Source of the DNA: Alphaproteobacteria bacterium
GTDB lineage: Bacteria > Pseudomonadota > Alphaproteobacteria > MPNO01 > UBA830
Direction of reading: 5' to 3'
DNA length: 64,000 nucleotides
Assembly (NCBI GenBank): GCA_964291215.2
Contig: OZ219791.1
Span: forward strand, 2,848,001-2,912,000
Shown here: positions 19,058-28,536 of the stretch, in pieces
How the letters are laid out: every line of letters starts with the position of its first letter
Numbering within the stretch: the stretch's first letter is position 1
Position numbers and translations under genes: made by a program
Notes under the pieces: generated by a model
Told to the model about the DNA's origin: nothing
The model's input: the letters and a program-made list of their open reading frames with translations, nothing else
The model's database searches: none

Positions 19058-20123
19058 GTTCGTGATCGCGCTGCTCGCAGCCGGGCTGGCGGCCGGACAT
19101 GCGCATGCCCGGGAGGCCGTAACGGTGGTGACATGGGGCGGCGCGTACGAGGAGGCGCAGAGAGCCGCGATATTCGAACCGTTCACGGGCAAGACCGGAA
19201 TCGGAGTCGGCGTGCGCCGTCACGACGGCAGACCCGAGACCCTGCGCACGCGCTCGGAACCCGAAGCATGGGACGTTGTCGACCTCACCGAGGACCAGGC
19301 GATCGCGGCCTGCGAGTCCGGCCTTCTGCAGCGCCTGGACCACGCTGCCATTTTCAAGACGGTGCCGGCAGCTTCGCTCAAGGCGGACTTCGCGGCAGGC
19401 GCTTTCCGCGACTGTTCGATAGCCCAGAACGCGTTTGCATCGGTGATCGCCTACAACGACGACGCGTTTCCCGGCGTAAAGCCTCGTCGCATAGAGGATT
19501 TCTTCGATCTCACCTCCTTCCCCGGCAAACGGGCCATCGAGCGCAGTCCCGACGCGATCCTGGAATGGGCGCTGCTTGCCGAGGGCGTTCCGCCAAGTCA
19601 GGTCTACGATCTGCTGAGTACACCCCGCGGACTGCAGCTGGCTTTCCGGAAACTCGACACGATTCGCGCTTCCGTCATCTGGTGGACCGATGTCACGGCA
19701 CCGGCCGAACTGTTGCGGAGCGGCCGGGCGAGCATGGCGAGCGGCTACAACGGTCGTTTCTTCGCGGCCGCCCGGGACCAAGGCACCCCGATCATCATCG
19801 TCTGGGACGGTCAGGTCATTGGCTACGAGGTCTGGGCGATTTCTGCAGCATCGCAAAACACCAAGGCAGCGGAGAGGTTCATCCGCTTCGCCACCGCGCC
19901 AGAGCGGATGGCGCGCCTCGCCGAGAAGATCCCCTACGGTCCGACGCGGCGCTCGGCCATGGAACGGATAGGCCTCGATGCCGACAGGCGGATTCCGATG
20001 CGCCTCCACCTGCCCAACGCCCCCGGACACATGAAGCGGGCCCTGGTGCGCGACAGCGCTTGGTACGCCCATACGGCAACAATTCGGAACAAACGTTTCG
20101 CCAACTGGCTTGAAGGGAAATGA
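19044..20123 (+). CDS. PotD/PotF-like extracellular solute-binding protein
   Basis: Signal peptide; VVTWGGAYEEAQ, WDVVDL, FFDLTSFPGKRAI, IPYGPTRRSA; overlaps the ClC stop. Confidence 0.9.
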   Translation: MRRSEFVIALLAAGLAAGHAHAREAVTVVTWGGAYEEAQRAAIFEPFTGKTGIGVGVRRHDGRPETLRTRSEPEAWDVVDLTEDQAIAACESGLLQRLDHAAIFKTVPAASLKADFAAGAFRDCSIAQNAFASVIAYNDDAFPGVKPRRIEDFFDLTSFPGKRAIERSPDAILEWALLAEGVPPSQVYDLLSTPRGLQLAFRKLDTIRASVIWWTDVTAPAELLRSGRASMASGYNGRFFAAARDQGTPIIIVWDGQVIGYEVWAISAASQNTKAAERFIRFATAPERMARLAEKIPYGPTRRSAMERIGLDADRRIPMRLHLPNAPGHMKRALVRDSAWYAHTATIRNKRFANWLEGK

Positions 20124-20126
20124 TCC

Positions 20127-21686
20127 TCAGTCCCCGCCAACCGCACCGCCGCCACCGATCCGCTCCTCGATCCAAGCCTTGGCGAGCGCACGATCAATCT
20201 TGCCGGCCCCGTTCAGCGGCATCTCGTCGACAACGAAGACTCGTCGCGGATGGGCATAGGCCGGGCCGTTGTCGAGCGCGAAGCGTTTCAGTTCCTCCTC
20301 GTCCGGTTCCGACCCCTCGCCCAGGACAACCAAGGCAGCCGGCGCCAGGCCCTTGACCACATGGGCTACCGGAGCCACCACAGCGTCGATCACGTCGGGA
20401 TGCTGGACCAACAGCAGCTCCACTTCCTTGGGGTTTATGTTCTCGCCACCGCAGGAGAACTGGTCGTCCGTTCGCCCCATGAAATAGAAGAAACCGTCTT
20501 CGTCGCGCCGGAAGATGTCGCCGGTGCGGAGATAGCCATCAACGAGCCATTCGGCATCGAGTTCCGGCCGGTTGTTGTAGCCTTCGAGCACCGCAGGCGA
20601 ACGCACCCATAGTTCCCCCTCACCGTCGGCTACATCACCATCTGCTGACACCAGCCGGACATCGACTTCGGGTGCTACAAGGCCGCAGCTGCCGCGCGGC
20701 ACCGGCCGCGAATCAACGGGTTCACGCAACGGCCCTCCGCCTTCGGTAAGGCCGTAGGCCTCGATCACCGGAGCGCCGAAGGCCTCTTCCACCGCGACTA
20801 TCAGGTCGGCTCCCACCACGGCCGAACCCATCTCCAGGCTGCAAAGCTTGGCAAACGAGAGCGTCCGCAGCAGGTCGCGTTCCGCCAATACCATGCGGTA
20901 CATCGCTGGAACGCCGCCAGCATGCGTACATTCGTATTCGCAAAGCGCCTGCAGGAACGATCTCGGCTCGAACCTCGGAAGGATGACGACGGATCCCCCG
21001 ACCCGGAGCTTTGGCTTGATCGAAACCCGCATCGCGTTCTTGTGAAAGAGCGGCCCGGCGATCAGCGCACGGTCATCCGGTGCCGCGGGCCAGTATTTCT
21101 GTGCATGGCGGATGCCCCAGAGCATGCCGTCATGGGTAAGCAGTACGCCCTTCGGCTTGCCGGTCGATCCCGACGTATAGGGCAGGAACGCCGTCTGGCG
21201 CGGAGCAATCGTAGGCGCCCTGACCGGCAGGACTACGGACGCGAGCATGGTCTCATAGTCTTCCCATCCCGCAATGCCGGGAGCCGTCGCGATCTTCGGT
21301 CCGAGACCAGTTTCTTCGACGATTTCCGCGATTCGAGGATGGCATCCAGGCGAGACGATCGCAGATCCGGCGCCAGAATCGGCAATGATGAACCGTATGG
21401 TATCGGCACCGAGGCGGTGGTTCAGCGGTATCGGCACGACACCGGCGCGCATCGCCCCGAAGAAGACCTCGATGAATTCGAACCGGTTCTCCATCGCGAG
21501 GAGCAGACGGTCGCCGGGTACGAGGCCCAGACCCTGCAATGCTGCTCCGACCCGTTCCATCCGTTCGTTGAGCAGGCCGTGGGAAAGCTCCGCCGGCTGG
21601 TCACGCGACAGATCAACGATGGCAAGGCGCTCCGAATGATCGTGGGCAGCCTGCCGATTGAAATAGCCTAGGTTCCTACCGTTCAT
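20127..21686 (-). CDS. AMP-dependent acyl-CoA synthetase (class I adenylate-forming enzyme)
   Basis: YTSGSTGKPKG, AYGLTE, RTGD, GRTDD..GGENINPKEVE, GKIDR. Confidence 0.93.
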   Translation of the reverse strand: MNGRNLGYFNRQAAHDHSERLAIVDLSRDQPAELSHGLLNERMERVGAALQGLGLVPGDRLLLAMENRFEFIEVFFGAMRAGVVPIPLNHRLGADTIRFIIADSGAGSAIVSPGCHPRIAEIVEETGLGPKIATAPGIAGWEDYETMLASVVLPVRAPTIAPRQTAFLPYTSGSTGKPKGVLLTHDGMLWGIRHAQKYWPAAPDDRALIAGPLFHKNAMRVSIKPKLRVGGSVVILPRFEPRSFLQALCEYECTHAGGVPAMYRMVLAERDLLRTLSFAKLCSLEMGSAVVGADLIVAVEEAFGAPVIEAYGLTEGGGPLREPVDSRPVPRGSCGLVAPEVDVRLVSADGDVADGEGELWVRSPAVLEGYNNRPELDAEWLVDGYLRTGDIFRRDEDGFFYFMGRTDDQFSCGGENINPKEVELLLVQHPDVIDAVVAPVAHVVKGLAPAALVVLGEGSEPDEEELKRFALDNGPAYAHPRRVFVVDEMPLNGAGKIDRALAKAWIEERIGGGGAVGGD

Positions 21687-22451
21687 GGCCCTCGGGATTC
21701 CACATCGCCCATCAGGCAGCCGGGACTGTGCGATCGCAATCCACATTCGGTCCGCGAGCCGTCCGCAGCGTCCATTTTACCCCAACCGAATTCCAGCGGG
21801 CTGCACGTCACCATAGCCGGCGCGATGAATCGCGGTCCATGACGGTCGGATACCAGATTCGGGGCAACGCGAGCCCGGTCTCTCGGATCACTTCTGTAGC
21901 AGGCGGAACAGCGAGAAGAAACCTCTCCGGCCTATCGACTCCCGAATGGAAAAGAGCATCACATATCGAGCATCGCCAACCAACAGAACCGCCGCGCATG
22001 CGGTCACCACAAGGTCGGCGCAAGGCGTTCCGAAATGGTGCGAGGAATCATGTCGATACTTCGAATTCTGCCTGATCGCTCCCAAGCCAGCGATCCAGTT
22101 CGCTAGCGACGCCAACTTCCTCACTATTTCGCGACACACATTCCCGCACGATCGCCACTCGCCTCCCGGAACTTCCCTCTGATGCCGCTGTTCGCGCACG
22201 ACATTGGCATCAAATTTTGCCTGCCAGAAATCCCGGCGAGTCGCAGGCGTCGTGACGGACCGTGACGTACCGGCAATTCGGATGACAACGTCTACAGGTT
22301 TGCCTGATCCAGACGCGCATCAAGACCGTTCTGGCCCCCTCCCGAACAAAGGTCTCAGCATGCGGATAATCGACACGATCGAATATTTTCGAATCAACGC
22401 CTTGATTTATTTGCATTTACCCAACAACAAACCATATTCATATCTGACATT

Positions 22452-22691
22452 TTATATTGGATATATTGATTTTATAAGAAATTCTTCTTCAATCAGGTCA
22501 TCATCTCTACCAAACCGGTTCTTGGCGGCATCTAACTCCTTTTGGAGAGTCTTGAAAATTTTCCGGACATCATCATTGCCGTAAGCATAGGCACTACGGT
22601 TGGAAAGATTGCCTATCAGACGAATATTTTTGATCGTCCGGTTAACGCGCAATTAGGCGAGTTCCACGAATTTTGCTCGTTTGTCCCGCAT
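22452..22691 (-). pseudogene. Small low-GC hypothetical protein with an in-frame stop
   Basis: MRDKRAKFVELA*LRVNRTIKNIRLIGNLSNRSAYAYGNDDVRKIFKTLQKEL..; TAA at 22655-22653; AT-rich compared with flanks. Confidence 0.65.
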
Positions 22692-22816
22692 TACTCGTCC
22701 TCGAGAATCCAGCATAGATTTTACTGACATTCCGTGGATGTGTCTAACATTTCATAGATATTAAATTTTTCCCAACAATATTTCTCATATTCTTCTTCTG
22801 TGAGCTATGAGAGCTC

Positions 22817-23170
22817 TCAGATCGTCAGGACAATACCCCTCCGACAGCCTTCGTTCCTGACCTCATTCATGAAAGACATGTCGCTCCTGCCATCGCGCGA
22901 CTGCGCTACCGTGAAATCGCTCTCGTGGACGCGGTCGCCGAAGAGCAGGCAGGCGTCGTCGGGGTCGCACTGGTTGGAGGTCCAGACGAGACTATCAGCG
23001 CTGGCATTATCGCGGTGGATGGCCGCGGCCCACAACACGGTCTGACCGTACAGGACCGGACTCGACGAGATCAGGTCACTGCGCGAGATACCGCATTGGC
23101 TCAGTATAACACTGCGCAGTTCGACCAATTGCAGCTCACGGTTCGTCAGAAGCTCCGAATTTTTTGCGTA
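22817..23170 (-). pseudogene. RES-domain (NAD+ phosphorylase toxin-like) C-terminal half, 5'-truncated by IS insertion
   Basis: LQLVELR..ISRSDLISSSPVLYGQTVLWAAAIH..ADSLVWTSNQCDPDDACLLFGDRV; the frame is open up to the IS256 end at 23171. Confidence 0.7.
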
Positions 23171-24427
23171 GGTACTGTAACTTGATGTCTGGAAATTTGT
23201 CTGAGGTTTGCGCTTTGAGGCGTTTCACTGGGGGGCTAGTGTCTTGTCATTCGTCAAATGTCGAATAAGGGCGTTTGAGTTTCACGCGGGCATCGTCGGT
23301 GGTGAACTGCCAATCCACCTTGGCCTGAATGCGGTCGCCTGCCAGGCGGCAACTTCCCGGCGTAGCACCTCGATGCAGTCGATGCGGCGGTTCAGGCGGA
23401 TCATGACGTTGAGTTCCACCACGTTCAGCCAACTGCCGTGCTTGGGGGTGTAGACGAACTCGAAGCGGTCCCACAAGGCCTCGTCCGGCGGGTAGGCCTC
23501 GTAGAGGGCGCCGGGGAGTGTTGAGATTGTCCATCACCAGGGTGATGGTGGTGGCGTCCTGGTAGCGCCCGGCGATGTCGGCCAGGAACTGCGCCCAGTC
23601 GATCTTGCGCTCGGTTACCTTGGTCATGCGCTTGCCGGCCAGGGGTTCCGTGAAGACGTTGCAGGTGCCGCAACGTCGATACTCGTAGTCGTTACGTCCG
23701 TCCCGGCGCCATGGCGATCGGTTGCCGTGTCTCGCCGGTCGGGGCGTTTCGTCCATGCAGACCACGGGGAAGGCGGCGGGACGGCGATAGACATCGAGCA
23801 CCTTCTCCATCGCCGCGGCGAAGTCGGCGTTCCCTTGAGGAGGAATTACCCACCCGCTGCCATGGCTTGAGGCAGTTTTTTTTAGAACACGCCGCACCGT
23901 CTCGTGTGACACGGTATCAATGTAACCAAGCTCGACAACGCGGTTGGCCAGCAGCCGCAACGACCATTGCGCGTAACCCTCAGGCGGTTCACCACAACTC
24001 AGGGCCACGCGCCTCGAAGGTGCCGTCGGCTTTTCGCATGTAGGTAGGACGGCGTCCTTGCCGGCCACCCAATGCCGCCTCCAACCCCTCGAAACGCTTT
24101 TTCACCCGGTCTACTTTGCGCATGCTGATGCGCAGAATCTCGGCAATGACCTTCCCGGTCATCTGGCATTCATTGAACGCGCCCTCGTCGCAGTTAAGCA
24201 GGGCGTTGATTACCTTTTGCGACAGGTGCGAGCCCTTGATCTCCGAAAGTTCTGCCCGTTCGTCCAGGGTCACCACGTAGCGTTTCATACTCCGACCTCC
24301 ATCCCGAATGGACGGACAGTCTAGCACCAAATGTACGACATATCATTGCTGACATAACACTAGCCCCCAGTGAAACGCCTCAAAGCGCAAACCTCAGACA
24401 AATTTCCAGACATCAAGTTACAGTACC
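23171..24427. repeat. ~68-bp near-perfect inverted repeats (IS256-type end) flanking an IS630
   Basis: 23171-23239 is the reverse complement of 24360-24427 except for one base in a G/C run; the terminal 29 bp resemble the IS256 right end at ~24930-24959. Confidence 0.9.
23236..24363 (-). mobile_element. IS630-family element (eroded two-ORF transposase)
   Basis: CTAG at both ends; MKRYVVTLD, QWSLRLLA, VVCMDET, DYEYRRCGT, MDNLNT, YTPKHGSWLN, DWQFTTDDARVKLKR. Confidence 0.92.
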
Positions 24428-24429
24428 CC

Positions 24430-24959
24430 CCGTTGTTGGCCTGCATGGTACGACCTTCATCGTCTCGGATGACCATGCTGGGCTGAAAGCAGCACGACGC
24501 GCGGTGCTGGGCGCGGCGACGTGGCAGCGCTGCCAGTTCCACCTGGCGCAAAACGCCGTGCAGCACGCACCGAACAATGACATCAGGAAACGTATTGGAA
24601 AACAGCTCGGAGCCATGCGTCCTCACTCCAAACCGCCGAGGCTGAACTGGGCGTCCTCGTGGCCAGCTATCGCGACAAGCATCCGGGCTTCCTGGCTGGA
24701 AAACAATGCGGGGCTCGCTGTCTTCACCTTGCCCGATGCTCACCGCAAGCGCATGCGAACCTCGAACGGCATCGAGCGACCGATCCAGCAAGAACTCAAG
24801 CGGCGCACCTCCAAAGTCAGGGTCTTTCCAAACCTCGCCTCGTTGGAGCGCCTCTCAACCGCGGTCCTCATCGACGAAAAATGGGAAACCGAAACCAAGA
24901 TCAAATGGGAACAGCTCGATCAGCTTCACGACAATTTCCAGACATCAGGTTGCGTAATC
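24430..24959 (+). pseudogene. IS256-family transposase 3' half plus right end
   Basis: IVSDDHAGLKAAR, WQRCQFHLAQNA, RTSNGIER..QELKRR..VRVFPN. Confidence 0.9.
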
Positions 24960-24974
24960 GGCTTGAACCCGGGG

Positions 24975-25181
24975 TTCGGTGCGGTGATGGCGGGCGGTGA
25001 GGAGCGGTTGGGGACGGATTCGATATACATGGCCACTATATATGGCTGATATATTTTTCTCTGTCAAAAATCGGCCCACAATTACATGGGTATACTTTGA
25101 TGTATGGAAAATCCGATAAACCACGCCAAATCAATAACTTGAGGTGGAAATCAGCCGAAATTTTCTGGAACTTCGGATTAG
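24975..25181 (-). mobile_element. IS1634-family left end and N-terminal fragment
   Basis: Minus strand MYIESVPNRSSPPAI; end sequence CTAATCCGAAGTTCC. Confidence 0.75.
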
Positions 25182-25184
25182 GAG

Positions 25185-25475
25185 ATTCCCGAGATCCCGA
25201 AAAGGGCCGCCGGGGACCGGTCGCCAGGTCCGATGCCCACAACCTTCTCGAACGCCTCGCCGCCCGGAGACGGAACGTCCTGTGCTTCACAAGGCGTGCC
25301 GACATCCCGTTCTCCAACAATCGCGTTGAACGCGACTTCCGCATGGCCAAGGTCAGGCATAAGGTCTCCGGCTGTTTGCGAACCATCGCCTTCGCAAACG
25401 CTTGGTGCCGCATATCCAGCTACCTGCGGACAATGACGGCACTCGGATACAACCTGCTCGTCGCCATTGATATCG
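25185..25475 (+). pseudogene. IS66 transposase C-terminal fragment (divergent copy)
   Basis: SDAHNLLERL..IPFSNNRVERDFRMAKVRHKVSGCLRT..SSYLRTMTALGYN. Confidence 0.85.
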
Positions 25476-25578
25476 GAGCAAGCGGTCACTCTAGAATTTC
25501 GTATCGCGTACCCTGAATGTTGATGACGTTCCGACCGTCCTGAAAGTCCACGATCGTGTCGCTGCCGATTTGTCCAGA

Positions 25579-28134
25579 TTATCCGAAATCGAAGTCCCCG
25601 GCATTCACCTCGGTCACGCCTTCAAGAACGATCAGGCTGCCGCCCACATCCGTCAGATCAATGACTGTTTCGCTTCCGTCTCTCGTGGTGATTCTGCTCT
25701 CGAGATCGCTGAAGTCATCTATGCTGGCGTAGCCGGAAATCTGGATGGTGTCTTCCCCGTGTCTGCCGAAATCCTGGATCGTGTGAACAGCGCCACTGGT
25801 GCCGCCAATTCTGTTGAGGAAGACGAATGTGTCGTCGCCGTGCTCGCCGTACATGGTGTCGTCACCGGCGCCGCCACGCAAGGTGTCATCGCCCCAGCCA
25901 CCGTTCAGGGTGTCATCGCCGTCGCCGCCATGCAAGGTGTTATCGCCCCAGGAATTTTCCAAGGTGTCGTCGCCGTCGCCACCGTACATGGTGTCGTCGC
26001 CGTGGCCGCCGTACATGGCGTCGTCACCGGCGCCGCCATGCAAGGTGTCATCGCCCCAGCCACCGTGCAGGGTGTCGTCGCCGTCATCGCCATACAGCGT
26101 ATCGCCGCCCCTGTCGCTCCAACCGGCGAACAGCATGTCGTTGCCATGACCGCCATGTAGTGTGTCGTAGCCCTTGCCACCGAACAGGGCGTCGTCGCCA
26201 GCGCTGCCGTGTAAGGTGTCGTCGCCGTCGTGGCCGTACAGGATATCGTCGCCGTGGCTGCCATCCAGATGGTCGTCGCCGGTGCCGCCATGCAGGATTT
26301 CGCCGGCACTGGCCTTTATTTGGAAATTGCCGGTTGTTTCATCGAGCCCCAGGGAGATGCCCGACACATTCAACAACCTGATCATGACATCATCGTCGAC
26401 GGAGTCGTAGCGAATGACAGTATCGGCACCGTCTCGACTGATATCAAGCTTGATACCGGATCCTTGGATAAGAATCGTGTCGTCCGCCGTGAAATCGGCG
26501 ATGGTGTCGCTTCCATCTGCCGCAGGGTACCGGACGAGGTAGCCATCAGGGCCAAGGTACGACGGTCCTCCCGTCCAGAACACGAAGGTGTCAGCGCCCG
26601 AGCCGCCGTACAGGACATCGTCGCCGCCATCGCCCTCCAGAGTATCGTCGCCCGAACCGCCGTACATGGTATCGTCGTCGTCGCCGCCCGTCAGCGTGTC
26701 GTCGCCGTCATGGCCGTACAGGATATCGTCGCCGTCGTGGCCGTGCAGGATATCGTCGCCCGTGCCGCCGTTCAGGATTTCGCCGACACCGGCCTTTATT
26801 TGCAAATTGCCGGTTGTTTGATTGCCCTCCAAGGAGAGGCCCGACACATTCAACAACCTGATCGTGGCACCACCGTCGACGGAGTCGTAGCGGATGACGG
26901 TATCGGCACCGTCTCGACTGATGTCAAGCGTGTGTTTGATATGGATTCCTTGGATAAGAATCGTGTCGTCCGCCGTGAAATCGGCAATGGTGTCTCTTCC
27001 ATCTGCCGGATTGTACCGGCGTCCCCCTCCCGTCCAGAACACGAAGGTGTCAGCGCCCGAGCCGCCGTACAGGACATCGTCGCCGCGACCGCCCTTCAGA
27101 GTATCGTCGCCCGAACCGCCGTACATGGTGTCGTCGCCTTCGTCGCCGTGGAGTATGTCGTCGCCCTTGCCGCCCCCCAGCGTATCGTCGCCAGCCCCGC
27201 CGCGCAGGGTGTCGGCACCCCTGGCGCCGCGCAGCGTGTCGTCGCCCGCGCCGCCGTCCAGCGTGTCGTTGCCCTTGCCGCCCCCCAGCGTATCGTCGCC
27301 AGCCCCGCCGGTCAGCGTGTCGGCGCCCAGGCCGCCATAGAGGAGGTCGTCGCCGGCCCCGCCGGTCAGCGTGTCGGCGCCCCCGTAGCCACGCAGGGTG
27401 TCGGCGCCATCACCACCGGTGAGCGTGTCCGCGTCCTTGCTACCCTTCAGCACCTCGCCGCCAGAAGGCCCGCCGCTCGAGGCGTCGCCGGACGTGCCCT
27501 CCGGCGGCGCGCCCTGTGCAAGAGCGTCCTCGCCGCCGCCCTCCGGCGGGGCTGCCTCGACGGGAAGGAACCGGAAGTCGTCCGCGCCAAGGGAGGCCGC
27601 CGTCACGCCCTCCAGCTTGATCGTGTCGCCGTCGCCGTAGCGGATGACGGTATAGAAGCCCTTCTGCTCGATCACCAGATCCCCGAAACCGCCGGACACC
27701 CCGGCAATCTCGATGATGTCGCCAGCCTCGAAATCGCCGATGTAGTCGGCCCCGTCGCCGACCGCGAACGCAAAGACGTCATGGCCACTGCCGCCATAGA
27801 GCGAGTCCGTGCCCCGGCCGCCGGTCAGCCTGTCGGCGCCCCGGCCGCCTTCCAGACGGTCGTTGCCCGCACCGCCATCGACCGTGTCGTCACCGTCGCC
27901 GCCATAGAGCGTGTCGTTGCCCGTGCCGCCGTCCAGCGTGTCATCGTCCGAGCTGCCGGGGTTCATGAGGAGAAAGTCCGCGTCGGCTCCCGCGCTTGCG
28001 GTTCCGCCCGTCAGCGTGTCGTCGCCGTCGCCGCCCGTCAGGATGTCGTCGCCGAGGCCGCCCTTCAGGATGTCATTGCCGAGGCCACCCGTCAGGGTGT
28101 CGTCGCCAGCACCGCCGGTCCGCTCGATAGCCAT
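25579..28134 (-). CDS. RTX-repeat (hemolysin-type Ca2+-binding) protein, probable T1SS substrate
   Basis: 851 aa; dozens of GGxGxDxLx nonapeptides; internally duplicated DTIADF..DGADTVIRYD modules; AGGAGG RBS. Confidence 0.93.
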   Translation of the reverse strand: MAIERTGGAGDDTLTGGLGNDILKGGLGDDILTGGDGDDTLTGGTASAGADADFLLMNPGSSDDDTLDGGTGNDTLYGGDGDDTVDGGAGNDRLEGGRGADRLTGGRGTDSLYGGSGHDVFAFAVGDGADYIGDFEAGDIIEIAGVSGGFGDLVIEQKGFYTVIRYGDGDTIKLEGVTAASLGADDFRFLPVEAAPPEGGGEDALAQGAPPEGTSGDASSGGPSGGEVLKGSKDADTLTGGDGADTLRGYGGADTLTGGAGDDLLYGGLGADTLTGGAGDDTLGGGKGNDTLDGGAGDDTLRGARGADTLRGGAGDDTLGGGKGDDILHGDEGDDTMYGGSGDDTLKGGRGDDVLYGGSGADTFVFWTGGGRRYNPADGRDTIADFTADDTILIQGIHIKHTLDISRDGADTVIRYDSVDGGATIRLLNVSGLSLEGNQTTGNLQIKAGVGEILNGGTGDDILHGHDGDDILYGHDGDDTLTGGDDDDTMYGGSGDDTLEGDGGDDVLYGGSGADTFVFWTGGPSYLGPDGYLVRYPAADGSDTIADFTADDTILIQGSGIKLDISRDGADTVIRYDSVDDDVMIRLLNVSGISLGLDETTGNFQIKASAGEILHGGTGDDHLDGSHGDDILYGHDGDDTLHGSAGDDALFGGKGYDTLHGGHGNDMLFAGWSDRGGDTLYGDDGDDTLHGGWGDDTLHGGAGDDAMYGGHGDDTMYGGDGDDTLENSWGDNTLHGGDGDDTLNGGWGDDTLRGGAGDDTMYGEHGDDTFVFLNRIGGTSGAVHTIQDFGRHGEDTIQISGYASIDDFSDLESRITTRDGSETVIDLTDVGGSLIVLEGVTEVNAGDFDFG

Positions 28135-28167
28135 GATAAAATCCTCCTGATTCTGTTACGGACGCAA

Positions 28168-28205
28168 AGTCTACCCCCCCCCCCCCCCCCCCCCCCCGCC
28201 GTCAA
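28168..28205 (-). promoter_or_regulatory. sigma70-like promoter with poly-G spacer (putative phase-variable switch) for the RTX gene
   Basis: Minus strand: TTGACG (28205-28200), then GC plus G24 (28197-28174), then TAGACT (28173-28168); spacer 26 nt. Confidence 0.72.
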
Positions 28206-28339
28206 GCAAGTCCAGAAGTAACTGCTCACCCCCTGGTTCCGGCTTGATGTCGGGGTAGAGTAATGAACGGGTTTTCGTGGAGATTTGACACTGCAAGCCG
28301 ATTCGTTTAGTGGTGGTAATCGAGAACGACGGGGACCGC

Positions 28340-28536
28340 CAGGGGGCTACTTTGGATCGAAGGCGACGAGCGGGCTGTGCCAGCTGCTTCCGGGGCTCCA
28401 GCCCCCGCATGATCTGTATGTGGAAACGCATCTCGGAGGCGGCGTGCTGATGAAGCGCAAGGCGGAGTACCGGAAGATGCCGCCGGGCGAGCGCCAAGCG
28501 ATGCTCGCGACGATCATGACCGTCGAGGCCGGGTGA
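28340..28536 (+). pseudogene. Internally deleted DNA adenine methyltransferase-like passenger of IS66
   Basis: GYFGSKATSGLCQ..PPHDLYVETHLGGGVLMKRK resembles a D12-class N6-adenine MTase N-terminus, fused directly to a short C-terminal piece. Confidence 0.6.

Noticed and set aside
22030-22085. Possible att site or tRNA-like fragment (AAATGGTGCGAGG..TTCGAATTC..)
   Set aside because: Does not fold as a tRNA or convincingly match tRNA-Lys.
25579-28134. 27-bp periodic repeats as a possible CRISPR array
   Set aside because: They are coding nonapeptide repeats with no unique spacers, and no cas genes are present.
26230-28221. 663-aa V/A-rich plus-strand ORF ending in poly-Pro
   Set aside because: Antisense of the RTX repeats; the poly-Pro is the promoter C-tract.
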